In this document: positions 1 to 9,224 of the stretch, in pieces
Layout: every line of letters starts with the position of its first letter
Numbering within the stretch: the first letter of the stretch is position 1
Origin: Escherichia coli
GTDB lineage: Bacteria; Pseudomonadota; Gammaproteobacteria; Enterobacterales; Enterobacteriaceae
DNA length: 64,000 nt
Strand: one strand, 5' to 3'
NCBI GenBank assembly: GCA_005400705.1
Contig: GCA_005400705.1_4079.1
Translations under genes and position numbers: made by a program
The notes under the pieces: generated by a model
Seen by the model: only the letters and a program-made list of their open reading frames with translations
Told to the model about the DNA's origin: nothing
Databases searched by the model: none

Positions 1-440
1 TTGTTTTCAGTAAAAATGGCAACATAATATGCGTGGTTAATAACTTGCTTCATCCCAGCATCAATAACTTCCTGTGGAATATGATCAGTAACATCCAACC
101 AATCAAGGTTAGATGATGCAATATCTGGAGTACTGAATTTGTCAAATCTAGTTGAGCCACAAACTAGCACTCTATCATCATTTGTCAAAGCCACTGTGCT
201 AGTCTGCATATTAGAACTGAATGATTTAACATTACTAATGTTAGACTTGTACCAACCCTTATCAGCAGCACCCACCGTGAATCCGGTTCCCATTGATCCA
301 CTTGTACTTGTACCATAAGCCCACATCTCACCACTATATGTTAGTGCCATACAGTGGCTTCCATTTGCTTGGAAATCCTTTATACCAGTGGGAGCAACCA
401 CTGTATTCCCATAATCAAACATTCTAACAAAAGGTAACAT
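1..440 (-). CDS. RCC1-like repeat protein paralog (partial, C-terminus beyond left edge)
   Basis: ATG at 438-440 on minus strand encodes MLPFVRMFDYGN, identical to the four paralogs to the right; frame open to position 1. Confidence 0.6.
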   Translation of the reverse strand, partial: MLPFVRMFDYGNTVVAPTGIKDFQANGSHCMALTYSGEMWAYGTSTSGSMGTGFTVGAADKGWYKSNISNVKSFSSNMQTSTVALTNDDRVLVCGSTRFDKFSTPDIASSNLDWLDVTDHIPQEVIDAGMKQVINHAYYVAIFTEN

Positions 441-473
441 AACTAAAATCTCCATATAATAATTATAATGTAT

Positions 474-511
474 TTACAAAAAAATACCAGTACATATTTC
501 AGTACTGGTAT
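474..511 (-). terminator. Rho-independent terminator downstream of CDS 516-1688
   Basis: Inverted repeat ataccagtac/gtactggtat (484-511) followed on minus strand by a T-run (plus A-run 475-483). Confidence 0.5.
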
Positions 512-515
512 AATG

Positions 516-1688
516 TTATGGTAAAATAATAGCTTGTAACGAACTCATACCCAATGTTGGGACACTCGCCTGTGGTGCTGGTGCATTCACTTTTGGTGAT
601 GAAACCGCATAAGTCATTCCTGTACCCAAATCTGGATCAAAAACTACAGAACAATAATCCCCATTGTATATAAGTCCATTAGTATATCCTTGTGCACTTT
701 GAATGCATTTCGTGAACGTACCAATGTCAGTAGTGGCATTTATTAAGTTCCTCCCACGGTAGCCACAGGTGTATATGAAATTATCAACACCTATGTACAT
801 ACTCGCAGAACCAGAAGAACTACATAGATAAGACATATAAGCACGCATGTTTTTAGGAGCAACTGACAATGTACCAGCATAGAATTTATTATTCATACTC
901 GAAATATCACCATCACCCAAAGCACCAAAACTCCCCCAACCAGTACCATAATATCTCTTATCACTCAAGAATATAATACAGTTGTTATTACACATCTTGA
1001 CTTGATATATCAATGAAGGATCAACCCCAGGGAATGATTCAGTGTATGTTAGAACAGCCAGATCAGTACTAGCATTACATTGATGATATGTATTAGTACC
1101 AGCGGACAATATTGTACCATCAACTAATAGAATCCTCGAAGTGCCAGTACCAGCAATACAAGCAACAGCATTACCTGTATATATTTGTCTGAAAGTAAAG
1201 AAACCAACAGTCTTACTCCCCTGTCCACTCCAACCAGTATTATCAACACCACATGCCCATACTGAACCATCTTGCATGATCATCATTACACCATAGCGTT
1301 CTATCGAAATATAGACAATCTTCGTAGTATCAACTGCACTAAATCTAGAAGTTATATCAGTCCAAACCTTTACACTCACCGCCGTCGCACCGAAAGTAGG
1401 ATCTTCCCCTGCTATCATTATCCTACCATTGTTAGTCAGATACATTGTCTGACTATAACCAGTACTACAAAACTTAACACTATCAGTCTCTGGAACTTTT
1501 AACCACTCGTTGTAACGTGTTACGTTAGTGTTATTACCTAACTGATAATAGTTATTCATCCCAGATACATATAACACACCATCCTTTATTAAACTATAAG
1601 TCGCACTATAGTCACTACAGGTATAACGTGTACCCACAGGTCGCTCAACGACGTTCCCATAATCAAACATTCTAACAAAAGGTAACAT
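516..1688 (-). CDS. RCC1-like repeat (beta-propeller) protein paralog
   Basis: 390 aa ORF; N-terminus MLPFVRMFDYGN; repeated G-x-N-x-x-G-x-LG-x-G-like motifs (YVSGMNNYYQLGNN, YYGTGWGSFGALGDGD); SD upstream. Confidence 0.7.
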   Translation of the reverse strand: MLPFVRMFDYGNVVERPVGTRYTCSDYSATYSLIKDGVLYVSGMNNYYQLGNNTNVTRYNEWLKVPETDSVKFCSTGYSQTMYLTNNGRIMIAGEDPTFGATAVSVKVWTDITSRFSAVDTTKIVYISIERYGVMMIMQDGSVWACGVDNTGWSGQGSKTVGFFTFRQIYTGNAVACIAGTGTSRILLVDGTILSAGTNTYHQCNASTDLAVLTYTESFPGVDPSLIYQVKMCNNNCIIFLSDKRYYGTGWGSFGALGDGDISSMNNKFYAGTLSVAPKNMRAYMSYLCSSSGSASMYIGVDNFIYTCGYRGRNLINATTDIGTFTKCIQSAQGYTNGLIYNGDYCSVVFDPDLGTGMTYAVSSPKVNAPAPQASVPTLGMSSLQAIILP

Positions 1689-1724
1689 AATTAAATCTCC
1701 AAAATTAAAATAATTAGATAGTAT

Positions 1725-1761
1725 TTACAAAAAATACCAGTACATATTTCAGTACTGGTAT
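1725..1761 (-). terminator. Rho-independent terminator downstream of CDS 1769-2911
   Basis: Inverted repeat ataccagtac/gtactggtat with 8 nt loop, T-run on minus strand. Confidence 0.5.
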
Positions 1762-1768
1762 CGTAGCG

Positions 1769-2911
1769 TTAAAATGGCATCTTAACCTCTTTATATACTA
1801 ATATATCACCGGATAAACCAGGAAACGCAGAACCATTACCACATGCATATATAGTACTATCATTCCACACTGCTTGATGGTAATTGCCTATAGTACATTT
1901 ATAATTCGATAAATCAGTCACACCAGGTGTTAGTACATAATATACTGGTCCACTAGGTAAATTAAAATCAAATCTACCAAAGTAGTTCAAACCAGATGAA
2001 TAGGACTTGTCATTAGCAAATATTACAGTACCATCTTCTGTAAAAGAACTGTGAGAAATGTCTTTGAGATTGTTCACAACACCAGACGGTATTGATGTAT
2101 TCAACGTAAAGGACGTCAATGGTGCTGCACTTGGTGTGTTGTTCGCCGTGTAACCATAATATGCATAACCAGCTACATATACACTCGAATCTGAACAAAA
2201 TAAAAATGCACTCCTATAACCCAACCTAATACTCTCTATAGTCTTACTAAAAGTAACTTTAGTAAAGGTAGGAACTAAACCACTATATCCTACCCCACAT
2301 GTACCAAAATCATTCTTCCCAGTACTGTACAATTCGTTATTATTTGTAAGGTAAAATGACGCAGCAGCACCGCTATCTAAAGTACTGTAAACGTCTTTTA
2401 CATTACTCGCAATCAATTTAAATGCACTCAATACGGTAGCCGAACCATTGTTAGACAGCGTTGTTGAATCCGTGCCTTGTCCTATTGTATATAAATCTCC
2501 AGTACTAGTCAAAACAAATATACCATTAGTCGCCATAACAATTCTGTCATTCTTTAAATTAAATGAACTAAAAAGTGTACTTATATCAGTAAAGGTAGTA
2601 TAACGCCCACTCTGCCCTATACTCGATAAATTCCCACTCAAATAAACCTTATTATCATTACCAACAGCTACATAACAACCCCACCCAGCATATATCTGAT
2701 CAATGCCTTGTATCGGTATTTGTAACCATTCACTACCAGTTACCGAAGCAGTACTTCCAGTTCCAAGTTCACCAGAGTTATTAGCTCCGAATACATATAA
2801 ATTCCCACTATCCGATAAAACAACTGTATTACCAACTCCAGTTTTTATATCCTTGATACCATTCTTAGGAGCAACATTCCCATAATCAAACATTCTAACA
2901 AAAGGTAACAT
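1769..2911 (-). CDS. RCC1-like repeat protein paralog
   Basis: 380 aa ORF; N-terminus MLPFVRMFDYGN; motifs YVFGANNSGELGTGS, YLSGNLSSIGQSG; conserved 5' UTR tataatgaataaaggagg upstream. Confidence 0.7.
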   Translation of the reverse strand: MLPFVRMFDYGNVAPKNGIKDIKTGVGNTVVLSDSGNLYVFGANNSGELGTGSTASVTGSEWLQIPIQGIDQIYAGWGCYVAVGNDNKVYLSGNLSSIGQSGRYTTFTDISTLFSSFNLKNDRIVMATNGIFVLTSTGDLYTIGQGTDSTTLSNNGSATVLSAFKLIASNVKDVYSTLDSGAAASFYLTNNNELYSTGKNDFGTCGVGYSGLVPTFTKVTFSKTIESIRLGYRSAFLFCSDSSVYVAGYAYYGYTANNTPSAAPLTSFTLNTSIPSGVVNNLKDISHSSFTEDGTVIFANDKSYSSGLNYFGRFDFNLPSGPVYYVLTPGVTDLSNYKCTIGNYHQAVWNDSTIYACGNGSAFPGLSGDILVYKEVKMPF

Positions 2912-2944
2912 ATTTCCCTCCTTTATTCATTATACTATATTTAA

Positions 2945-2976
2945 TCAAAAAGAAAAGCCAGTACTTGAGTACTGGC
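2945..2976 (-). terminator. Rho-independent terminator downstream of CDS 2984-4111
   Basis: Hairpin gccagtact-tga-gtactggc (2957-2976) followed on minus strand by T-rich run. Confidence 0.5.
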
Positions 2977-2983
2977 ATAGTTT

Positions 2984-4111
2984 TCAAAAAGGTAAATCAA
3001 TTTGCTTAGTAATAATAGTATCTAACGGTATTGAACACAATGAGAAATTCTTTCCACCCGTATTTTCAGGATTATATCCATTCATCCATACATTATTACC
3101 TTCGTAAAATGTATTCCAGTATAAAGCCCCACTATATCGTGTATTCGAATTGAACGATGGAAAGTTGAATTCTTGGAATGATGTAAAATATGGAATGGAA
3201 CTTGAACTACTTCCCGTAAATGGGGTATACCCAGTTGCTATTAGTTTGTTTGTATCTGCATTAATTAAAAATACAACACTAGTCGAATAGTCCAACGAAT
3301 CAGGATGATATATATTACTCATATCACCTATAGTAAAACCAACATCAAAAACTTTACTATGTGCACCACTACCAGCAAAAGTAGTTCCAGTTGCATATAT
3401 TTTATTATCAGATGTTATCATTACAAAACCAGCACCAGAAACAAAACTGCATTTTATATCATAAGATATATCATCAAACAACGGAACAAATGTGGTTGCA
3501 TCACCCGATGTTGCTTTAACTTGAAAGCTGTTATTTGAACCTGAACCATATACAGTTCCATCGTTTTTAATCTTAAACAATGTATCGCCAAGGTAACCGC
3601 CAAATATATTATCCACATTAGTGTCAAGTACAGTCCACGCTGAAACATAATTTTTATGTCCTAAACCTAATGCACCACTTCGATTCCATCCTCTTCCATA
3701 AAGTGTTCCGTCTTTCATTAATATAAATGCTGTATAACCACATAACATTTTTTTAATTTGGGTAACATCTATACCAGTGAAATACACACCCCAGTCAGTA
3801 TATCCTTGTTGGAAAGTATCAGAATTCGTGAATGCATATGTTGAACCTGAACCATATATTTTATCACCTTTAATAACAACGGAAAACAATCCTAACCATA
3901 AGTCATCAACTTCAGTTGTGATTTGTTGAACTGCTCCTAACGATACAAACTGTGTACTTAAACCCGCATTATAGTTTGAATCTTCACCGTGTGCATATAC
4001 AGTGCCATCTTGCATTAGAAACATTTCAAGAGTGTAACTAACAACACTTTTCTTTATATTATTAACTTCGATTATATTCCCATAATCAAACATTCTAACA
4101 AAAGGTAACAT
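2984..4111 (-). CDS. RCC1-like repeat protein paralog
   Basis: 375 aa ORF; N-terminus MLPFVRMFDYGN; motifs YGRGWNRSGALGLGHK, YGSGSNNSFQ. Confidence 0.7.
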   Translation of the reverse strand: MLPFVRMFDYGNIIEVNNIKKSVVSYTLEMFLMQDGTVYAHGEDSNYNAGLSTQFVSLGAVQQITTEVDDLWLGLFSVVIKGDKIYGSGSTYAFTNSDTFQQGYTDWGVYFTGIDVTQIKKMLCGYTAFILMKDGTLYGRGWNRSGALGLGHKNYVSAWTVLDTNVDNIFGGYLGDTLFKIKNDGTVYGSGSNNSFQVKATSGDATTFVPLFDDISYDIKCSFVSGAGFVMITSDNKIYATGTTFAGSGAHSKVFDVGFTIGDMSNIYHPDSLDYSTSVVFLINADTNKLIATGYTPFTGSSSSSIPYFTSFQEFNFPSFNSNTRYSGALYWNTFYEGNNVWMNGYNPENTGGKNFSLCSIPLDTIITKQIDLPF

Positions 4112-4149
4112 AATTCCCTCCTTTATTCATTATACTTTATTTAATACAA

Positions 4150-4177
4150 ATAAGAATTCCTGTATCGAGTACTGGCA
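4150..4177 (-). terminator. Possible weak terminator hairpin downstream of CDS 4184-5332
   Basis: Imperfect inverted repeat gaattcc/ggcattc around AGTACT; less convincing than the other three. Confidence 0.25.
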
Positions 4178-4183
4178 TTCAAT

Positions 4184-5332
4184 TTATTGTAAAAAGGACA
4201 TATCTACTTCTGTATAACTAAGAATGTTTTGACCAGCAATTCCACCCATTACTACTATTGCATACCCACAATAATATAATTTCCCAGTGTCCGTAAGTAT
4301 AAGTGAACCAGAAGGTGTTCTTACCAAATTACACGAACTATTAAAAGAAGTATACGAAGGAGTATAGGAGTACTGATCAATATTATTACCAACACCTAAT
4401 TGACCACCCCTATTCGAACCAGATGCATAAAGTACTTCATCTGCTTTGACAATATGTGATGCCATGTTACCAACACATGCATATACACCATATACCCCTG
4501 TACTCAATAATGTAGGAGTCTTGTATTGAATATCAGTACTAGTAGATGTTCCACCTGTGCCAAATTCATTACCATATTGTGCTCCGTACTGCTTCCCACA
4601 TGCGTACAAATTATTATCGGACTTAATAAAAAATGTACTCTGATAACTTACATCAAAATCTATAACATCCGAAGAAATCATCGTTACCCCAGTAATCGAA
4701 GTTTGATTACCAGTACCCAACTGGTAGTAATAGTTAAAACCACAACCCCATAAAGTATTATCTTCTCGCAAATAAATGTTACCAACAGCCTTTTTAACAG
4801 ATGTTATAGTACTGACCTTCTTGAAGGTATTAAATGAATCAATGTTAGTACCATCTCCAAAGGAGGATATGTTCGATGCGTTATTAGCACCACAACAATA
4901 TAATGTCCCATCCTTCAGTACTAAATTTACCTTCATATCATTAAAACTGCTCATATACTCAATATCAGATACACTAATACCACCTGATGTTATCCACGTA
5001 GTACAGTCCGTCCATAACGTCTTCCTATCAGTTACCCCAGTAAATGCCTCCGTGTTACCAGTGATAAACACTTTACCAGTACCCTTTTCTTCATACAATT
5101 GACAATCACTACTGTTATCTTCCAATAAAACCCTCTGTACATTCTCTGCACAAAGAATAAATTTACTCGATGCTACACCTGTTCCAGTACCCCAATTCGT
5201 CGCAGAAGATGCATACAACTTATGTGTTAGTGTATCATGCAAATACATAGAACCACTAGAATATATTTTAAAACGCCCAGAGTTGGTAGGTGCTTCATTC
5301 CCATAATCAAACATTCTAACAAAAGGTAACAT
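4184..5332 (-). CDS. RCC1-like repeat protein paralog
   Basis: 382 aa ORF; N-terminus MLPFVRMFDYGN; motifs YASGSNRGGQLGVGNN, YACGKQYGAQYGNEFGTG. Confidence 0.7.
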   Translation of the reverse strand: MLPFVRMFDYGNEAPTNSGRFKIYSSGSMYLHDTLTHKLYASSATNWGTGTGVASSKFILCAENVQRVLLEDNSSDCQLYEEKGTGKVFITGNTEAFTGVTDRKTLWTDCTTWITSGGISVSDIEYMSSFNDMKVNLVLKDGTLYCCGANNASNISSFGDGTNIDSFNTFKKVSTITSVKKAVGNIYLREDNTLWGCGFNYYYQLGTGNQTSITGVTMISSDVIDFDVSYQSTFFIKSDNNLYACGKQYGAQYGNEFGTGGTSTSTDIQYKTPTLLSTGVYGVYACVGNMASHIVKADEVLYASGSNRGGQLGVGNNIDQYSYTPSYTSFNSSCNLVRTPSGSLILTDTGKLYYCGYAIVVMGGIAGQNILSYTEVDMSFLQ

Positions 5333-5370
5333 AATTCCCTCCTTTATTCATTATATCATATTTACCCCAT
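5333..5370 (-). promoter_or_regulatory. Conserved 5' UTR/promoter of the RCC1-like gene (tataat plus SD aaggaggg)
   Basis: Minus-strand tataatgaataaaggaggg immediately upstream of ATG; same block precedes the genes ending at 2911 and 4111. Confidence 0.4.
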
Positions 5371-5375
5371 AACCC

Positions 5376-5404
5376 TTGACATCCTTTCAGTACTGGTGTA
5401 CTAT
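5376..5404 (+). promoter_or_regulatory. Sigma70-like promoter for the plus-strand small-gene array
   Basis: TTGACA (5376-5381), 17 nt spacer containing AGTACT, TACTAT (5399-5404); ATG at 5430. Confidence 0.45.
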
Positions 5405-5429
5405 AGAAGGAATATAAGGAGAACTACAC

Positions 5430-5657
5430 ATGACAGCTACACTTAAGTACTACATTAATACTCTAAATGAACTAGAGTACGCGAAGTTTCTCGCGGATTG
5501 TTCGTGGCTAATAGAGCTAAAAACACATAACAGTACTGGATGTAACCTTATGCTGAACAGTGCACTTGATACCCTTGTAGTGAGTATTTTACACAGCAAC
5601 ATCTGCGTGGATAGCAATAAACAATTATCAAAAATCTTAGTACTGGTAGCTATATGA
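5430..5657 (+). CDS. Family A small protein
   Basis: 75 aa; KYYIN near N-terminus, hydrophobic tail ILVLVAI. Confidence 0.55.
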   Translation: MTATLKYYINTLNELEYAKFLADCSWLIELKTHNSTGCNLMLNSALDTLVVSILHSNICVDSNKQLSKILVLVAI

Positions 5658-5866
5658 ACACTATGAACATTAAACAGTACTACATCGATGCACTACCAAC
5701 AAAAGGTCTACGAGAAAGCCTACTGTATACACAAAATAATTTTATACACTACAAACGTTATCCTAAACTCCTGAACTCGTACAGGAATAATAACATAAGA
5801 AATGCTTTACAAGGGGTAGAAAGTATGCAATACTATTACATCCTTACCCTTTTAATCGAGTACTAA
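5654..5866 (+). CDS. Family A small protein
   Basis: 70 aa; IKQYYIDALP, tail ILTLLIEY; start overlaps previous stop. Confidence 0.6.
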   Translation: MNTMNIKQYYIDALPTKGLRESLLYTQNNFIHYKRYPKLLNSYRNNNIRNALQGVESMQYYYILTLLIEY

Positions 5867-5867
5867 T

Positions 5868-6053
5868 ATGTATAAAGAATTCTACTGTAGTAAGCTGCAC
5901 AAACAATACAGAGATTCATTTCCCAATGAACCTATGGACATGAATAGTCCCTTTTATAATTTTGACTTCAGACTGGAGACACGTTATGCAATAGAACATC
6001 AATTTCCTGAAACTAAGTACTTAGCTATCATGAACCTCATCTTTAAGTTCTAA
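5868..6053 (+). CDS. Family A small protein
   Basis: 61 aa; MYKEFY, tail IMNLIFKF. Confidence 0.6.
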   Translation: MYKEFYCSKLHKQYRDSFPNEPMDMNSPFYNFDFRLETRYAIEHQFPETKYLAIMNLIFKF

Positions 6054-6065
6054 AAGAGTACTATA

Positions 6066-6277
6066 TGAAAACTATGAACATTCATCAGTACTACTTAGAT
6101 ATTCTCCCTAAAGATGTGCAGAACATCCTTAAACAAGAATTCAGTACTTTAAAAAAACCTTAAAAGATCCGCACCGAATGTACTCATCCTGCACCAAATA
6201 AATGTAGTTGATAATATTCTACAAGGTGTACCAGGAACCGAGTACTTTAATATAGTAAGGCTAATTACATTACAATG
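6066..6277 (+). pseudogene. Family A member disrupted by stop/frameshift
   Basis: ATG 6066 gives MKTMNIHQYYLDILP then stop after about 32 aa; family-like C-terminus (YFNIVRLITLQ) continues in another frame to about 6277. Confidence 0.4.
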
Positions 6278-6460
6278 AATCATATAAGCTACTATTACCA
6301 AAAACTATCCGACCGAGACAAGTACAGCCACAACTCCCATGTATGGTACTACAAACGCGGTAGTATAAGGGACAAACAACATTACTTCTGTACTGCTATA
6401 AAAGAAACACTAACAACTAAGTACACGTACAGAGCAGTACTGAAACTTATTGATATGTAA
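6275..6460 (+). CDS. Family A small protein
   Basis: 61 aa; YYYQKL, tail VLKLIDM. Confidence 0.6.
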   Translation: MNHISYYYQKLSDRDKYSHNSHVWYYKRGSIRDKQHYFCTAIKETLTTKYTYRAVLKLIDM

Positions 6461-6470
6461 AGAGAATACT

Positions 6471-6656
6471 ATGAATACATTTGAGTACTATACAAATAAA
6501 CTATCTATGCCAGAAAGATCTCATCTCTATGTGTGGAGAAATGCGTATAAAAGCGGCAATAAACTTATACAAAGAAATTCCCTTACAGTGTGTACAAATT
6601 TAATTAAAGCAGAGTACCGCACATATATTGAAGTACTGAAACTAATCTCTATCTAA
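6471..6656 (+). CDS. Family A small protein
   Basis: Track ORF 6450-6656 trimmed to ATG 6471 (MNTFEYY); tail VLKLISI. Confidence 0.6.
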   Translation: MNTFEYYTNKLSMPERSHLYVWRNAYKSGNKLIQRNSLTVCTNLIKAEYRTYIEVLKLISI

Positions 6657-6664
6657 GGTACTCT

Positions 6665-6844
6665 ATGCAAGAATTCTATATCTATAAACTTCAGCACAAA
6701 GATAGATACAACTATAATAAATTCCAAAGGTACTACACAGTCGGGAACAAAAGAGATAAAAAACGATACTTTCTATCATGTACAGTAGAAGCACAAAACG
6801 AAAAGTACACGTACAGAGAAGTACTGAAACTCATCTCAATCTAA
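6665..6844 (+). CDS. Family A small protein
   Basis: 59 aa, hand-translated (below track cutoff): MQEFYIYKL...REVLKLISI. Confidence 0.55.
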   Translation: MQEFYIYKLQHKDRYNYNKFQRYYTVGNKRDKKRYFLSCTVEAQNEKYTYREVLKLISI

Positions 6845-6852
6845 GGAATAAT

Positions 6853-7032
6853 ATGCAAGAATACTATATAGAACACATAAGCATTAAAGACCGTTTCATG
6901 TACGACACCTTCGTGAAGTACTACAACCTGGCAACTAACAGTACTAAAAATATTAATCTCAATAGCTGCATTCATCACGCACTAACAAAAGATAATCCCT
7001 TCAGGGAAATCCTCGCACTAGCATCTGTATAA
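6853..7032 (+). CDS. Family A small protein
   Basis: Track ORF 6778-7032 trimmed to ATG 6853 (MQEYYIEH); tail ILALASV. Confidence 0.6.
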   Translation: MQEYYIEHISIKDRFMYDTFVKYYNLATNSTKNINLNSCIHHALTKDNPFREILALASV

Positions 7033-7042
7033 AGGAAACCAA

Positions 7043-7702
7043 ATGAAACTTAATGCACACAGCAAACAATACCTTAAGCACTTTAAGTACCTCAACAGTA
7101 TTCAAGCAGAATCTATTACATCTGCATATACGTATCACCCTAATGTACTAAAGAAACGAAATAAAAAGAAAAAATCCAGAAATGTTCTCGTATCTAAGAA
7201 CCTCAAATCGTACTTGAAGAAAAATAATATAGCTCTTGCTTTTATTAATATCTATAATACTGATTTAAAAGTATTGAGTACTAATACCAGCACAAAAGCA
7301 CTAAAGAATGCATCTATCTATATACACATGGATAATATCCCGTGCACTATAATTCTATCTTTCGGGAATGTATACTTCTTCGGGAATTGTAATAGCACCC
7401 ATGATATCAGTACTGCACAATTCCAAATCGGCGATATGTACTGCATGGGTTCAGAAAAAATACACGATAACATGCACTTCTTCCAAAAGCAACGTACTAA
7501 CGAAACTGATACAGTACTGCAATTCCTCAAAGAATTACAAAACAAAGAATTATCCGAGGAAGAAGAATTCATGTACAGTACTGTAATCGATAATCCAGAA
7601 CTCTATAAAAACGCGTACAATCTAACAAAACATGTACAGGAACTTATCAGTACTGATAAGAAATTTCATCACCTCATTACGTATATTTCAAACTATGTAT
7701 AA
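7043..7702 (+). CDS. Hypothetical protein with family C-like motif (EEEFMYSTVID)
   Basis: 219 aa ORF inside the family A array; lysine-rich N-terminal half; C-terminal half has a variant of the family C core. Confidence 0.55.
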   Translation: MKLNAHSKQYLKHFKYLNSIQAESITSAYTYHPNVLKKRNKKKKSRNVLVSKNLKSYLKKNNIALAFINIYNTDLKVLSTNTSTKALKNASIYIHMDNIPCTIILSFGNVYFFGNCNSTHDISTAQFQIGDMYCMGSEKIHDNMHFFQKQRTNETDTVLQFLKELQNKELSEEEEFMYSTVIDNPELYKNAYNLTKHVQELISTDKKFHHLITYISNYV

Positions 7703-7877
7703 AGAATACTACAAAGATAAAATCCCAATGCATCTACAACACCATATACCAAACGTTGCATTGGGTATCAAAGATCACGCAAAGATAATGTTCCAACAAT
7801 GTACTAAGTACACGCTCATATACGATGATAATCCATATATGCTGTACTACGTAGTAATGCTAACATTCAGGTACTAA
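7695..7877 (+). CDS. Family A small protein
   Basis: Track ORF trimmed to ATG 7695 (MYKEYY); tail VVMLTFRY. Confidence 0.6.
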   Translation: MYKEYYKDKIPMHLQHHIPNVALGIKDHAKIMFQQCTKYTLIYDDNPYMLYYVVMLTFRY

Positions 7878-7878
7878 T

Positions 7879-8058
7879 ATGAATACTTATAAAGAATTCT
7901 ACCTCTCGTACCTTAATTCCGATATAGTAACATCCAATACATTCAGTACTAAAATTATCTATAATGAATTAATGAAAGAATGTATTAAAGGTGCTATTAA
8001 CCCTAAAGATACGTATGACTTGTACTATGCAGTACTAACCCTTGTTTTCACGAAATAA
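7879..8058 (+). CDS. Family A small protein
   Basis: 59 aa hand-translated: MNTYKEFYLSYL...YAVLTLVFTK. Confidence 0.55.
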   Translation: MNTYKEFYLSYLNSDIVTSNTFSTKIIYNELMKECIKGAINPKDTYDLYYAVLTLVFTK

Positions 8059-8066
8059 CACATAAT

Positions 8067-8258
8067 ATGAATAACCACAAAGAATACTACATAGAGAAAC
8101 TCCCAATGTATCTCCAACACCTTGTACCAACAGAACCATTGGGTATAGAAAAAAACTACGAAAAAGACTACTTCATTCAGTGCACTAAATCCTCGATATA
8201 TATTGAAGACTATAATCGAGTACTGTATCACATCCTTTTACTAATATATAGGTACTAA
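8067..8258 (+). CDS. Family A small protein
   Basis: 63 aa; MNNHKEYYIEKLP, tail ILLLIYRY. Confidence 0.65.
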   Translation: MNNHKEYYIEKLPMYLQHLVPTEPLGIEKNYEKDYFIQCTKSSIYIEDYNRVLYHILLLIYRY

Positions 8259-8259
8259 T

Positions 8260-8442
8260 ATGCACAAAGAATACTACACACAATTTCTCCCCAGCATTTT
8301 TGAACACTACGCCAGATACAAAGTCCCTATGGATAACGATTTGGCAGTACTGGGATTCAATAACTGCATAGAACGAAGTATAGAAAATAGTAGTAGTTAT
8401 GACCAGCTATATAACACTATCCTACTTATATTCAGGTACTAA
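8260..8442 (+). CDS. Family A small protein
   Basis: 60 aa; MHKEYYTQFLP, tail ILLIFRY. Confidence 0.65.
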   Translation: MHKEYYTQFLPSIFEHYARYKVPMDNDLAVLGFNNCIERSIENSSSYDQLYNTILLIFRY

Positions 8443-8443
8443 T

Positions 8444-8629
8444 ATGCATAAAGAATACTACACACAATTTGTTAAAGGGAACTACAAACATGCCGTACCC
8501 AGAACCCCTTTAAATTCTCATGACCCAAGTACTATATTCTTGTTTAATGACGCAATACGTACAGTACTCAATACTAAAGATGAAGATGTGCAGTACGTAT
8601 TCTTACTATTACTTATATACAGACACTAA
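8444..8629 (+). CDS. Family A small protein
   Basis: Track ORF trimmed to ATG 8444 (MHKEYYTQF); tail LLLLIYRH. Confidence 0.65.
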   Translation: MHKEYYTQFVKGNYKHAVPRTPLNSHDPSTIFLFNDAIRTVLNTKDEDVQYVFLLLLIYRH

Positions 8630-8634
8630 CTAAT

Positions 8635-8844
8635 ATGAATAAAGAACATAAAGAATTCTACTCCAAATACATAAGCCCCTCAGAACAAATGTTTCTAAGG
8701 ACTACTCCACCTTTAAGTACTAATACATTTTTCGGCAGAGTATGCTACAATAATTGTATTCAAATGACTTTAAACGCAAACGAAGATGGTAACAGTACTA
8801 ACCTGTACTCAGGTATCATAGGTATACTATTCCTGTATGAATAA
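8635..8844 (+). CDS. Family A small protein
   Basis: 69 aa; MNKEHKEFY, tail IGILFLYE. Confidence 0.6.
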   Translation: MNKEHKEFYSKYISPSEQMFLRTTPPLSTNTFFGRVCYNNCIQMTLNANEDGNSTNLYSGIIGILFLYE

Positions 8845-9025
8845 TTACAAAGACTTCTATTTGAATACACTACCTACTGTACTTTCTCTAAGTGCTCAAT
8901 GTAAAATCCCGCTGGATAATGCTTACGCCAGATATAGCTATTCCATAACTGTTAATCGATGTATAGAGAATCATTGCAGTACTAACCAGTACTATAACAT
9001 AATCCTACTTATATTCAGGTACTAA
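8837..9025 (+). CDS. Family A small protein
   Basis: 62 aa; MNNYKDFY, tail IILLIFRY. Confidence 0.65.
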   Translation: MNNYKDFYLNTLPTVLSLSAQCKIPLDNAYARYSYSITVNRCIENHCSTNQYYNIILLIFRY

Positions 9026-9026
9026 T

Positions 9027-9209
9027 ATGAATAAAGAACATAAAGAATTCTATATACGAAAACTAACATTCGTCCCCGTAAGAATATATAAAGAATGCGA
9101 CCCAAGATTATACCTATGGCACTTCAATGAGTGCATAAAAGATTCTATATACCATAAGAACTATAAAGAACAATTGTGCTCAGTACTAACACTAGTACTA
9201 TCATATTAA
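9027..9209 (+). CDS. Family A small protein
   Basis: 60 aa; MNKEHKEFY, tail LTLVLSY. Confidence 0.6.
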   Translation: MNKEHKEFYIRKLTFVPVRIYKECDPRLYLWHFNECIKDSIYHKNYKEQLCSVLTLVLSY

Positions 9210-9224
9210 TTAATAGAGAATACT

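Noticed and set aside
1272-5102. Short plus-strand ORFs inside the RCC1-like genes (1272-1502, 2703-2885, 3305-3538, 4526-4753, 4776-5102)
   Set aside because: Fully contained in the longer minus-strand paralogs with low-complexity products; likely frame artefacts.
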